From: a virus
Virus record (IMG/VR): IMGVR_UViG_3300032073_000011
Location: 38,193-102,192 of that record
Reading direction: 5' to 3' (one strand)
DNA length: 64,000 nt
The notes beneath the pieces are model-generated. The model was not told the origin of the DNA and made no database searches. It saw only the letters and a program-made list of their open reading frames with translations. This document shows positions 46,604 through 55,571 of the stretch, piece by piece; position 1 is the first letter of the stretch; every line of letters begins with the position of its first letter. The position numbers and the translations under genes were made by a program.

Positions 46604-49600
46604 TTATGGTCCAGTACCCCAGAGATTTTGCCAAAAACCACCACTTTGTTCTCCATCTGTACTGGTACCTTCAGTATCACTACCATTAGAGCTTCCTTGT
46701 GTGGCATTAGCTTGTTGAGCTGCTATCCCTTGAATTATTTCTTGTTCATCTGGAATGGTTTTTTCTTCGTCAGATGCTGTTTTTATACTTCTATTATTAT
46801 ACATCTCTGTATTTGCAAAGAAGTTATTTGATAAAGCGTTTTGTAATTCTGATACAGGAGCTTCTAATCCTTGACCCCCAATGTATTTAAAGTTCATAGA
46901 AACATTTGCTATCATAGGTTGTACCCCAATACCTTCTGGATTTAAATCATATATCAAAGGGTCATAACTAAAACTTACAGAATCAATAGCTATTTTTGTG
47001 TGGTAAAAATCACCAATTCTTAATACACATATAGGTGGAGCACCAAAAGCTGTATTGTCAACATCTCTTTCGGAATCTAAACTACCATCCGCATTAACGG
47101 TAGGTATTGTATTTCCTGGTCTAGTACACTGAAGTAAAAAACTTAATCTATTATTTAATCCTTCTGGTGTCATAGAATGAAATGAAGGATGAAAATGTTT
47201 TAACTGTCTTTTTAGGGAGTTATATATAAATTCATCATCTTGTTTTAATGCGTTAAAGTAATTTTCTTCACCAAGTAATTTAGCTAATATTTTTGCAGTA
47301 TCTAGTTTCTTTTCTGCACCTGCTCCTGCTTGGTTATTTGCTGTCGCTTGTGTTTCTGCATCAGGATTTTCACCATTTTGATTTGCCCAGAATGGGTCAA
47401 ACGAACCAGCCATTGATGTATTCTGTACATTATTAGGTACACTATTATTTGTATTTGTATTTCCTGGGAATACCCCTTCAGTGTCAGTAGCTGCAGTATT
47501 TCCTGGGAATACCCCTTCAGTATTAGGATTGTCCATCTCGTCTATATCACTGGTTTGATTATACATTGTGGTAAATGGGTCCGCATTATACTCATCCGTA
47601 ACATCATTTTGTATACTAATAATATCGTCTACTGATAAGTTGGGGAATATGGACGCTAATTCATATATATCATATTCTTTACACCCAGCAAAAAATGCTT
47701 CTATAGCCTGGTCTGCGACATAGTCTGGTACACCTTTTAATGTTTGTTCTGTAATTGAGTTTAGTATAGATGGGTGGTCAACCACTATTTTCCAATTTAG
47801 TGTACCAATTCTTTCAGTGTAATTGTAAGTATATATTGGTTCTGGTCTACCTAAGAAATTAACAGAATTCCATTGTGCGGAATTAGTATCCCCGACTTGT
47901 AAATCGTAAGGTGGGAACCACATTATTCTACCACCTTGTGGCCCTCTTTCGGACTTAGGTAATTTTAATAACTCTGAAGTACCTCTCCAGGCAAGATTTT
48001 CTATAGAAAACATGTACTTACTTACATTTTTTTCTGTTTTTTCTGTGTCTACGTTGACACCAAATATTGGTGCTATATTTAAATTAAATGTGTTGGTTAG
48101 GACTGAACCTGCTTTACCTAGATGATTTCCTTTATGTCTTTGTAGGTTATCCATTTTCCAATAAGGGTCATCCTTTGTCCATGTTCTACAAAATTCTCTA
48201 GCTACTAAACCACCACCAATCCCGAATACACCGGAAGATTCATCAACAAATCTAACCCCTGAACCTTTTGATATTTCTTTATATCCGTCAGAAAATACTT
48301 TAGATGTTTGGTCTATGGCGTGTCCCACATGTTTTCTTCTTGCTCCACCCATAAGTGGTGCTGAATCTATAAGTTTTTGAGTTTCATCTAATATCCCACC
48401 TTTTCTTTTTGGTTTTTGGAATGACCTAGTTGCTAAGAGGTCATAAGGTGCGTTTGTTGAAGCAAATGATTGGTTACCCATCCAAGTCCACCCTCCCGCT
48501 AAACTACCACCGTCATTGTAGGTATACCCTTGTACACCAAACATATAATATGGCCAAAGTGGTTGTCCGTCTACTGTTTCTAATTGTTTAGCTAATGTAG
48601 ATGGACCATAAACTAAAGCGTTTATAGGTCTACCAAACTCATCACTTGGTATTGCACCCATAGGGGATTGTACTTTTGATGGTTCATTATTTTTAGAACC
48701 TAAATAGTAATATGGTGTTATGTTGGTTACTCCGTCTCTTAGTTGTACTCTAGAGTAGTCAGGTCTATATTTGTTAAAGTCTAAAGATGTAAATAATGCT
48801 TTTTGTTGTTCAGAACCCATATAACTGATAAATCTATCACTTGGTACTGGGTTGGAGACTGTGTTAGTTGGTATGTTGTCACCTCCGGTTAACATATTTC
48901 CTATAGCGTTAGCTGTAGCTTGTATGTTACCAAATATCCCCGTAAAACTTATTCCATTTTTAGCTAAGAAATTAATGTCTGGTTTAAATATCCCATCAAA
49001 ATAGTTACCTGGTATATTAGAATACCCATAATATAAATTTGTTATCCTTGATAAAAAGTCTGTGCCATCCAATTCCTTTTGGCCTGGATTTGCACTAACA
49101 TTAAACATAAAAGAACCTTTATCACTTAAATCTAAATCGTTCCATCCTTGATTGTACCCTAATTGTTCTCTTAAATTACCACTAGATTTTTGTACTAACT
49201 CACTATCATTTAAAATTTTACTATTTAAAGTATTAGTAATACCGTTAGTTATATTAACTGTTTCTAATATTTCTGCTGATGTATACTCAGAAGAAACGAA
49301 TGATTTTGGTTGTAGTGTGTTAGGTGTTACATAATCTAACCCTCTTCTAGGGAGTACTTTTTTAACATTTATCGTTTGTACGTCTGTAAACCCCCCTTCA
49401 GGACCATAACTATTATCTAAAAATAAACTTACTAGATTTGGTGGTGCTAATTCCTCTACTGTTTTTTGGTCTATAACAGGACGTTCATATATACTAGTAT
49501 TTTGTTTTCCAGGTGGTTGTATACCAAAAGGTGGAGAAACTGGATTACCATCTGCAAGATATGAACTTTGTAAATTTTTACCCAATAAAAAAACACGTAA

Positions 49601-49684
49601 CTTTTCAGTAGAAGCTACATTAGGTCTATAAGGACCCTGCATCCCAAAAGCTTGTACACCACCTGTATTTAGACCTACTGACAT
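46604..49684 (-). CDS. Baseplate / tail-tube initiator-like protein (1026 aa; T4 gp48/gp54-like tube fold inferred)
   Basis: WNSVNFLGRPEPIYTYNYTERIGTLNW and PPICVLRIGDFY...IDSVSFSYD...PMIANVSMNFKYIG; follows the tape measure gene. Confidence 0.65.
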   Translation of the reverse strand: MSVGLNTGGVQAFGMQGPYRPNVASTEKLRVFLLGKNLQSSYLADGNPVSPPFGIQPPGKQNTSIYERPVIDQKTVEELAPPNLVSLFLDNSYGPEGGFTDVQTINVKKVLPRRGLDYVTPNTLQPKSFVSSEYTSAEILETVNITNGITNTLNSKILNDSELVQKSSGNLREQLGYNQGWNDLDLSDKGSFMFNVSANPGQKELDGTDFLSRITNLYYGYSNIPGNYFDGIFKPDINFLAKNGISFTGIFGNIQATANAIGNMLTGGDNIPTNTVSNPVPSDRFISYMGSEQQKALFTSLDFNKYRPDYSRVQLRDGVTNITPYYYLGSKNNEPSKVQSPMGAIPSDEFGRPINALVYGPSTLAKQLETVDGQPLWPYYMFGVQGYTYNDGGSLAGGWTWMGNQSFASTNAPYDLLATRSFQKPKRKGGILDETQKLIDSAPLMGGARRKHVGHAIDQTSKVFSDGYKEISKGSGVRFVDESSGVFGIGGGLVAREFCRTWTKDDPYWKMDNLQRHKGNHLGKAGSVLTNTFNLNIAPIFGVNVDTEKTEKNVSKYMFSIENLAWRGTSELLKLPKSERGPQGGRIMWFPPYDLQVGDTNSAQWNSVNFLGRPEPIYTYNYTERIGTLNWKIVVDHPSILNSITEQTLKGVPDYVADQAIEAFFAGCKEYDIYELASIFPNLSVDDIISIQNDVTDEYNADPFTTMYNQTSDIDEMDNPNTEGVFPGNTAATDTEGVFPGNTNTNNSVPNNVQNTSMAGSFDPFWANQNGENPDAETQATANNQAGAGAEKKLDTAKILAKLLGEENYFNALKQDDEFIYNSLKRQLKHFHPSFHSMTPEGLNNRLSFLLQCTRPGNTIPTVNADGSLDSERDVDNTAFGAPPICVLRIGDFYHTKIAIDSVSFSYDPLIYDLNPEGIGVQPMIANVSMNFKYIGGQGLEAPVSELQNALSNNFFANTEMYNNRSIKTASDEEKTIPDEQEIIQGIAAQQANATQGSSNGSDTEGTSTDGEQSGGFWQNLWGTGP
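47457..47521. repeat. Perfect 26-bp direct repeat (39-bp period) duplicating TEGVFPGNT
   Basis: GTATTTCCTGGGAATACCCCTTCAGT at 47457-47482 and 47496-47521. Confidence 0.95.
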
Positions 49685-49700
49685 ATATTATTCTTTTATA

Positions 49701-49707
49701 ATAAATA
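49701..49707 (-). promoter_or_regulatory. TATTTAT putative phage late promoter
   Basis: 16 nt upstream of ATG at 49684. Confidence 0.6.
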
Positions 49708-49748
49708 GATTGTAACGTAATTTCGTCAGGTTATTTAGACAAATAAGA

Positions 49749-51665
49749 TTATGCCCCTAAGGACATAGCGTCATTTAGTAGTTTACCAGTTTCTAAAGCT
49801 ACACCCCTATCCATTTGTAGTAGTTTTAAAAAGTCTTGCCCATTCATTCTTGCCTCACCATTATTAACATCAATATTACCTTCCAACTTTAAACTAAGTG
49901 GTCTCATAGTTGTTGTGTTGGTTGTGGTATTTGTATTTTCTACTATACTTTTATTTAAAGTTTCTGTTCTACTCGCGATAGACGCATCAAGGTCTTCTCC
50001 TAATTTTACATTTCCAGCTTGTGCTGCTACTAAAATATCTCCTTTATCAAAAGTTGTTATACCTTCTGGTGTGATTATTGCATCATTTGCATGCATTTTT
50101 TGTAATTCTTCCAAAGCTTTCTTAGCTCCATCGGTACCAGCTTTTTCAATCTCAGCAGATATAGAGTCTAGGTCACCTTTTCTTAAAGATTCTAGTTGTT
50201 CATCTGTTAAGCTTGGCATTCCAGAGGCTATTGTTTGTGTTAAAGTTTCTGTTCTTATAGCTTTGTCAGCTCCCATTCCTAACTCGTTTTTTACCATTAA
50301 CCTAATACCTGCATCCATCGCTGCAAGATACTGATTAGCTTTTTCAGCAACGGTAAGTTGTTGTTTATAGACATCAGAATCCGTCATCCCTTCCTTTCTT
50401 AATAATTCCATTTGTTCTTCGGTAACATTAGAAACATCAACCATTTCTTCAATACCTGGAATTTTTACTTGTGCTACCCCACCTTCACCAATTTTAGACA
50501 TAGAAGCTATTAACTCCTTATCGGTTTCTGACATATCACTAAAGTCTCCTATTTGGTTAAATACTTCTGCTCTTCTTGCTGACCTGACTGCGGTATCTGC
50601 TAATTCTTGGTAACTCATACCCATTTGTTCTGCCATAGCTTTTAACTGTCGTCTCTGTTCCGGAGATATAGAGAATTTGTTCTTTTCTTTGTCAAAATAA
50701 ACAGCTGAAGCTGCTGTATCCGCAATAGCCTCTTGTAGACCTTCTAGGTCATTAGTTGCCATGTACATTAATTTAAATGGGTCTGCTAGGTCACCAACCG
50801 CGCCCCCAATTACACTCATTTGTGCCGCAAAATCAATCGCCCCTTCCGGGTCAAAGAATTTATCCGCGAGACTTGTTACCGTACTCATTTCAATACCTAA
50901 TGCCTGACCTCTAGCTACCATTCTAGCTAATCCCTCAACACCTCTTTCAAATCCGTAAGTATTAATTAATTTTAATTCACCACTTATATTACCTAAGAAT
51001 TTTTCCATTACAACACCAAAATCTCTACCTGTTTGTAAGATTTCAGACATAGCATTATCAGTTTCATCTACTTTACCCATTGCTGTATCTAAACTAAATC
51101 CTATAGTATCAAAACTTTCTGCAAATTTTCCAGCATCAAACCCTTCTAATGTTTTGGTTAATAGTGCAGCTCTTTCACTAACTTCTGGTGGGATATATAG
51201 GTTTCTTGAAATTTCTTTGGTCATTTCTTTGAAGACCGTGAATAAATCGTTTACGGTCATACCAAATTTGGATGCTGACATTCCTGCCTCAGTTAGACCA
51301 TCTACTGTATCCATTAACTGTGCGTTGGACATTCCTAGACTTTTGGAGATGTCTACCCTTAGAGTATCTTCTAAAGCTAACATGTCTAATATTGTTTCCA
51401 TATTATCCATATTAGTTACGTTTAAAGTCCTTATATTTTTAAGGACATCAGCCATTTTTTCTAAATCTCCTGTTGATACACTTTCTTTTGGTGTTCTATC
51501 GGTTGCTATTTTACCTAGCTTTTCCCATACGGAACCCTTACTACCTCCACCAACATTACTTTTTGGGGGTGGCCCATAACCAACTGGTACCCAATCACCA
51601 TTTGCATTATAAATGTGGTTTACACCATTAATTGTTTTTTCATCACCTAATTGTGGAGTTGCCAT
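49749..51665 (-). CDS. Tape measure protein (638 aa)
   Basis: Helical A/M/E/K-rich sequence; canonical position after tube and chaperone genes. Confidence 0.75.
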   Translation of the reverse strand: MATPQLGDEKTINGVNHIYNANGDWVPVGYGPPPKSNVGGGSKGSVWEKLGKIATDRTPKESVSTGDLEKMADVLKNIRTLNVTNMDNMETILDMLALEDTLRVDISKSLGMSNAQLMDTVDGLTEAGMSASKFGMTVNDLFTVFKEMTKEISRNLYIPPEVSERAALLTKTLEGFDAGKFAESFDTIGFSLDTAMGKVDETDNAMSEILQTGRDFGVVMEKFLGNISGELKLINTYGFERGVEGLARMVARGQALGIEMSTVTSLADKFFDPEGAIDFAAQMSVIGGAVGDLADPFKLMYMATNDLEGLQEAIADTAASAVYFDKEKNKFSISPEQRRQLKAMAEQMGMSYQELADTAVRSARRAEVFNQIGDFSDMSETDKELIASMSKIGEGGVAQVKIPGIEEMVDVSNVTEEQMELLRKEGMTDSDVYKQQLTVAEKANQYLAAMDAGIRLMVKNELGMGADKAIRTETLTQTIASGMPSLTDEQLESLRKGDLDSISAEIEKAGTDGAKKALEELQKMHANDAIITPEGITTFDKGDILVAAQAGNVKLGEDLDASIASRTETLNKSIVENTNTTTNTTTMRPLSLKLEGNIDVNNGEARMNGQDFLKLLQMDRGVALETGKLLNDAMSLGA

Positions 51666-51684
51666 AATTCTAAACTGTTTTTAT

Positions 51685-51691
51685 ATAAATA
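51685..51691 (-). promoter_or_regulatory. TATTTAT putative phage late promoter
   Basis: 19 nt upstream of the tape measure ATG. Confidence 0.6.
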
Positions 51692-51692
51692 T

Positions 51693-51890
51693 TTAGAATC
51701 TGTTTTTAGCCTTGTTATTTGCTTGTTCAATTGCCTCATTCTTTTTTTGGAATTCCTCTGTTAGGAAATTTACGTAGAATCTACGTTCAAATGTAGGCAT
51801 TTGTAAGAGGTCGGACCACGCGATGTGGAGGTGTTTCATTAGATAATAGAATTCTTGCAATAGGGCATTCCTATATGCCGTAGAAAGGAC
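51693..51890 (-). CDS. Tail assembly chaperone C-terminal extension (T frame), probably expressed by frameshift from 51871-52629
   Basis: Overlapping frame with only a TTG at the overlap; EFYYLMKHLHIAWSDLLQMPTFERRFYV is typical of gpT-like segments. Confidence 0.7.
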   Translation of the reverse strand, partial: VLSTAYRNALLQEFYYLMKHLHIAWSDLLQMPTFERRFYVNFLTEEFQKKNEAIEQANNKAKNRF

Positions 51891-52629
51891 GAAAAAACTC
51901 AACCCCGAATGTGATTCTCGCGTTTATCTCTTCATTCGATGGAGTTAACACGGGGATAGTTAAATCTAGTGAAGGCGAGTTTTCTCTAATTACTTTTCTA
52001 ATGTTTTGAGAATCTCGAATTGGCATTGTTTGTATAAATTGTGCGATAGTCATTGGGTCTCTTACTCCGTCTATTTCTTTAATTAACAATTCTAATTGTT
52101 TGGTCATGTAAGTGTTTACTACCGCTTTTTTATTTTGTTCGTCTAATGCTTTTAATGTTCTTTCGTTTTGTGGGGTTAAGAAAGATAGTTTTACCTTCTT
52201 TTTAGAAATTTCTAAGTAATGGTCAAACTCATTATTATTATCTAACTCCACGCCTACTTCATTAGTTTTTAATATAGATAAATCTATTGTTGTTTCAAAA
52301 GACTCTTTTGTTTTTGGGTCTGTTAAGGTAACTTTATAGTCTGAACCAAAAGCAGTATTTCTTAAAAATACAAGTACAGCTTCTTTATCACATTCTGGCA
52401 TATCCATAATATCTATATCTTTATCTAAAATTTTTCTAGATATTAACATGTTGATTAATTCACCATTAGCTTGTAATGATGGTGTTGCCAATAAATTTTC
52501 GTCTGAAGCATTTAAGTAGGTTACCTTTACAGATTTCTTTTTATTTTTATAAAAAACACCCTGAGAAGGTAAACTTACCATGTCGTAAGGTAAGATTGTT
52601 TCTGGTTGTTGGCCTAATTGTTCTTGCAT
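51871..52629 (-). CDS. Tail assembly chaperone (G; T4 gp26-like N-terminus)
   Basis: VSLPSQG..Y, LNASDENLL, LVFLRNTAFGSDY; ends FFRP; between tube and tape measure genes. Confidence 0.75.
   Translation of the reverse strand: MQEQLGQQPETILPYDMVSLPSQGVFYKNKKKSVKVTYLNASDENLLATPSLQANGELINMLISRKILDKDIDIMDMPECDKEAVLVFLRNTAFGSDYKVTLTDPKTKESFETTIDLSILKTNEVGVELDNNNEFDHYLEISKKKVKLSFLTPQNERTLKALDEQNKKAVVNTYMTKQLELLIKEIDGVRDPMTIAQFIQTMPIRDSQNIRKVIRENSPSLDLTIPVLTPSNEEINARITFGVEFFRPFYGI
51888..51897 (-). other. Putative +1 programmed ribosomal frameshift site UUU_UUU_CGU_C
   Basis: Lies at the overlap of the G and T frames; T is +1 relative to G. Confidence 0.65.
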
Positions 52630-52659
52630 AGCTTATAATTTAATTAATATATTATAATA

Positions 52660-52666
52660 GTAAATA
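52660..52666 (-). promoter_or_regulatory. TATTTAC variant of the putative late promoter
   Basis: 30 nt upstream of the chaperone ATG, downstream of a terminator. Confidence 0.45.
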
Positions 52667-52748
52667 CATATATTTAAGTTTTATTAATTTAAATAGGTTG
52701 CGCTATAAGCATCTTAAAATATATAATTAAAGTCAAGTAGTTTGCAAT

Positions 52749-52774
52749 AAAAAAGCCCTAACTAAAGGGCTTTT
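52749..52774 (-). terminator. Intrinsic terminator after the tail tube gene
   Basis: Minus strand AAAAGCCCT-TTAGTT-AGGGCTTTTTT. Confidence 0.85.
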
Positions 52775-52795
52775 ATAAAATCTATTTAGTTTGGT

Positions 52796-53284
52796 TTAGT
52801 AAACTAAGATACATCTATCTGGTCTTAAAGTGGCTGAAATATTTGCAAGACCGTCATCACTATAACTTAAGTCATTAAAGTTAACGTCTGTTAAGAAACA
52901 CCCTTGTAGTATCCATTTTTCTACAACAACACCAGTAGGGTCTAACATTTCTAGGTCGATGTTTTTCTTATAACCCGCAGCGTAACCCATTCTACCAGTT
53001 ACAGATTCTGCATGTGTTCTAACCCACTCCATAAGAGCTTGTGCTGCTGATGGTCCGATTGGGTCTCTAAATGTTACGTTTATTGTGTTCCATACAAATC
53101 TACCCGCTACATAAGTAGAGGTGTTTAAGAACGGTACTTCTACAGAGTTAATTGTAACCTGTGGTCTAGAAGTACTCTCTACATACCATTCATTAATCCC
53201 CAAAGAAGAGTCGAATCGCATGATAAACCTATTCTTTTTCTTTGGCTCATAAGGTATAGGCATTTTCATTAATAAGTCAGCCAT
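52796..53284 (-). CDS. Tail tube protein (T4 gp19-like)
   Basis: YEPKKKNRF, YVAGRFVWNTINVTFRD, YKKNIDLEMLDPTGVVVEKWILQGCF. Confidence 0.9.
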   Translation of the reverse strand: MADLLMKMPIPYEPKKKNRFIMRFDSSLGINEWYVESTSRPQVTINSVEVPFLNTSTYVAGRFVWNTINVTFRDPIGPSAAQALMEWVRTHAESVTGRMGYAAGYKKNIDLEMLDPTGVVVEKWILQGCFLTDVNFNDLSYSDDGLANISATLRPDRCILVY

Positions 53285-53324
53285 ATCTTTTTAATTTTTT
53301 GTTTTTACTTTTTTATTATATACT

Positions 53325-53331
53325 ATAAATA
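53325..53331 (-). promoter_or_regulatory. TATTTAT putative phage late promoter
   Basis: 40 nt upstream of the tube ATG. Confidence 0.6.
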
Positions 53332-53353
53332 TATCGGGAATGAAAAAAATGTC

Positions 53354-54208
53354 CTAATTCACTTGTTTTAATACTATTTTGTTCATTCCACCTTCAGATG
53401 TGTCATAAACTATGAAATCTACATCTGGAAATTCTACTTGTAATACCTCTTTTATAAAAGGAATTATCGCGTTTATATTACCTAAATCATCATCACTAAA
53501 CCCCACTGATAATTTTTTATTACCCATATTTACCATCTGAGACGCCTTAGATACTATATTTGTCACATAATCTCTTAAAGCTATTTTTTTATTTTCTTCT
53601 GGATTTGCTGCCGAACCACCTTCTAATCCGAATTTATCTGTAAATTTTTGTGATGTTACTGGGTGATATTCGTGTGAGTCTAAATAAGTCTTTATTACTA
53701 TTTCTGGGTCTTGTCCATCTAATTCTGGATAATTTTGTTGGATGTTGTCAATCATTTTACCTAATTCTTCCTCGGTAAACGTGTGGGATATAACTAAATC
53801 CATACCTTTCCTTAACACTGCGGGTTCATGTCCTCTAGCTGTTATAATAGATATTGGATTTGCATATATTAGGGCCTCTTTAAATTTGTCGAATGAGGGT
53901 GCGAAAGAACCCATAGTTAAAGCCTTTTCTAAATCCATTAGAAAAGCGTCCTCATCTATAAAGTTATCAAAAGCTCCCTCGTCTAATTTATAATAATTAC
54001 TATCCCTAACTAAGGCAAACTCTTCCGTACCTACATTAACAGGCACCCAACCGTCTCCAGTATTTTTTAACATTTTAATAGTGGTTGGCATTTTAAGTAT
54101 ATTATCATCCCAATCAAAACTATATGCTCTAATACCGTTAGACTGTTCTTCTATTAGTCCACCAATTCTTTTTAGTTGTTCCTTAGTTATTATTATCTGT
54201 TGTGACAT
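53354..54208 (-). CDS. HAD-superfamily phosphatase-like protein (start revised to ATG 54208, 284 aa)
   Basis: Motif I FDWDDN, motif II IITARG, Lys (ENKK), motif IV GFSDDD. The TTG start in the ORF track would overlap the promoter motif. Confidence 0.7.
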   Translation of the reverse strand: MSQQIIITKEQLKRIGGLIEEQSNGIRAYSFDWDDNILKMPTTIKMLKNTGDGWVPVNVGTEEFALVRDSNYYKLDEGAFDNFIDEDAFLMDLEKALTMGSFAPSFDKFKEALIYANPISIITARGHEPAVLRKGMDLVISHTFTEEELGKMIDNIQQNYPELDGQDPEIVIKTYLDSHEYHPVTSQKFTDKFGLEGGSAANPEENKKIALRDYVTNIVSKASQMVNMGNKKLSVGFSDDDLGNINAIIPFIKEVLQVEFPDVDFIVYDTSEGGMNKIVLKQVN

Positions 54209-54213
54209 ATAAT

Positions 54214-54220
54214 ATAAATA
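54214..54220 (-). promoter_or_regulatory. TATTTAT putative phage late promoter
   Basis: 5 nt upstream of ATG 54208. Confidence 0.55.
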
Positions 54221-54228
54221 CAATTTAA

Positions 54229-54260
54229 TTTGGTTTAATCGACTTTTTTTATTATCTTTG
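54229..54260 (+). promoter_or_regulatory. Bacteroidota-type sigma-A promoter TTTG-N20-TATCTTTG
   Basis: Exact match to the TTTG-N19-21-TAnnTTTG consensus; ends 4 nt before the lipoprotein ATG. Confidence 0.8.
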
Positions 54261-54264
54261 TAGT

Positions 54265-54843
54265 ATGAAAAATCTACTAAAAATATTATCTTTATTTCTA
54301 TTGTTAAGTTCTTGTGTTAAAGAACCAATATATCCACCATGCACAACCACATACCCAACTACACAAAATAACGGGGAGTATGTAGAAACAAATTTCCTAG
54401 AAGGGTGTTGGGTTTTAAGAAGTGGTACAATGTATGTACAGAATTTGGATACGGAAGAGAACACTGAGATATTTTTATTTGGTGGTGGATTGAGTAGTAG
54501 TTTACGATATGACGGAATATCAGTATTTTCTTTTGAAAGTATAACTAGACATCAAACAACTTGGTGTTTTGATTTTCCTGAAAATATACCGGGTAATGGT
54601 AGTTTTACTATAGACGGGGACACAATATACCCGTATGGTTTAAATATTACAACCAATAATATTACAGTAACTGAGGACGTTTCTGGTAATTACCAACTAC
54701 TGGGTGGTTCATCAAGACCAATTCACTATGAAGTAGTAAGTGTAGAGAATAAAGTCATTAATGTTTACGTACAAGAGACTTATGAGAATATTTATGGATA
54801 TAACTACTACTATTTTTCAAAACTAAGATTTAAAAAACTGTAA
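54265..54843 (+). CDS. Lipoprotein, possibly lipocalin-like (192 aa)
   Basis: Signal peptide II MKNLLKILSLFLLLSS-C; LEGCWVL GxW motif; beta-rich. Confidence 0.75.
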   Translation: MKNLLKILSLFLLLSSCVKEPIYPPCTTTYPTTQNNGEYVETNFLEGCWVLRSGTMYVQNLDTEENTEIFLFGGGLSSSLRYDGISVFSFESITRHQTTWCFDFPENIPGNGSFTIDGDTIYPYGLNITTNNITVTEDVSGNYQLLGGSSRPIHYEVVSVENKVINVYVQETYENIYGYNYYYFSKLRFKKL

Positions 54844-54901
54844 CTTATAGTTAAAAAAATCGTATATATTAATAGAAGTTTAACCCTTTAAAATAAAAAT
54901 T

Positions 54902-55138
54902 ATGTTAGAATATATTATACCTTATCTAATTGTATCACAAATACTAATGTTTGTATTTTTGTTAATTAACGAAAAAGACATTTATAGTGGTTATCTATCG
55001 TTTGAGTCTAAACGAGGAGATAGACCAACTACCAAATGGTATGTGTTCTACATTATCACACACATACTTAAAGCCCCTATATTGGCTCCGATGATATTAA
55101 TTTTAATAATATTAAATGGTGGTAAGTTAGTTGAATAA
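54902..55138 (+). CDS. Small membrane protein (78 aa, about 2 TM segments)
   Basis: Two hydrophobic stretches; co-oriented with the lipoprotein and ends at a terminator. Confidence 0.65.
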   Translation: MLEYIIPYLIVSQILMFVFLLINEKDIYSGYLSFESKRGDRPTTKWYVFYIITHILKAPILAPMILILIILNGGKLVE

Positions 55139-55166
55139 AAAAAGGTCCTTTTGGACCTTTTTTATT
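55134..55166. terminator. Bidirectional intrinsic terminator between convergent genes
   Basis: AATAAAAAAAGGTCC-TTTT-GGACCTTTTTTATT. Confidence 0.9.
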
Positions 55167-55168
55167 TA

Positions 55169-55567
55169 TTATCTTCTTCTAGACCTTTTTACTTTTCTAG
55201 ATTCTGCCATTCTTTTTCTTGGTTTTCTTGATTCACGAAAATCTGTATCTTTTTCATCACGGTCCTCATGGTCTTCATCATAACCCATATCTTTTTTAAG
55301 GTAACCTAAGTGGTCTTCTATAGCTTTAACATGGTCTTCCATAGACATTTCTTCTTTTCTATCCGAACCTTCATCCTCACCATAGTTATATGTTTCTTCA
55401 CCTTCACTATCTTCTTCTAGATTTTCAGTTTCAAACATTTCTTTATATTTCGCTGTTGGTGTGTTCATTATTCCGAAATTTTGTCCGTTTCCAGCTCCGA
55501 GGTTTTCTTTAACTAATTTTTCTATTAAGTTAACCAATTCCACCTCTTTTAATTTAATCTTTTTCAT
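55169..55567 (-). CDS. Acidic low-complexity protein with basic tail (132 aa), possible head-internal protein
   Basis: N-terminal KKIKLKEVELVNLIEKLVKE; acidic core; R/K-rich C-terminus. Confidence 0.6.
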   Translation of the reverse strand: MKKIKLKEVELVNLIEKLVKENLGAGNGQNFGIMNTPTAKYKEMFETENLEEDSEGEETYNYGEDEGSDRKEEMSMEDHVKAIEDHLGYLKKDMGYDEDHEDRDEKDTDFRESRKPRKRMAESRKVKRSRRR

Positions 55568-55571
55568 ATTT

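Noticed and set aside
13706-47521. Direct repeats as CRISPR arrays
   Set aside because: They have only 2-3 copies, lie in frame within coding regions, have no unique spacers, and no cas genes are present.
54209-54223. TTG start of the HAD gene given in the ORF track
   Set aside because: It overlaps the TATTTAT motif; ATG 54208 is the more plausible start.
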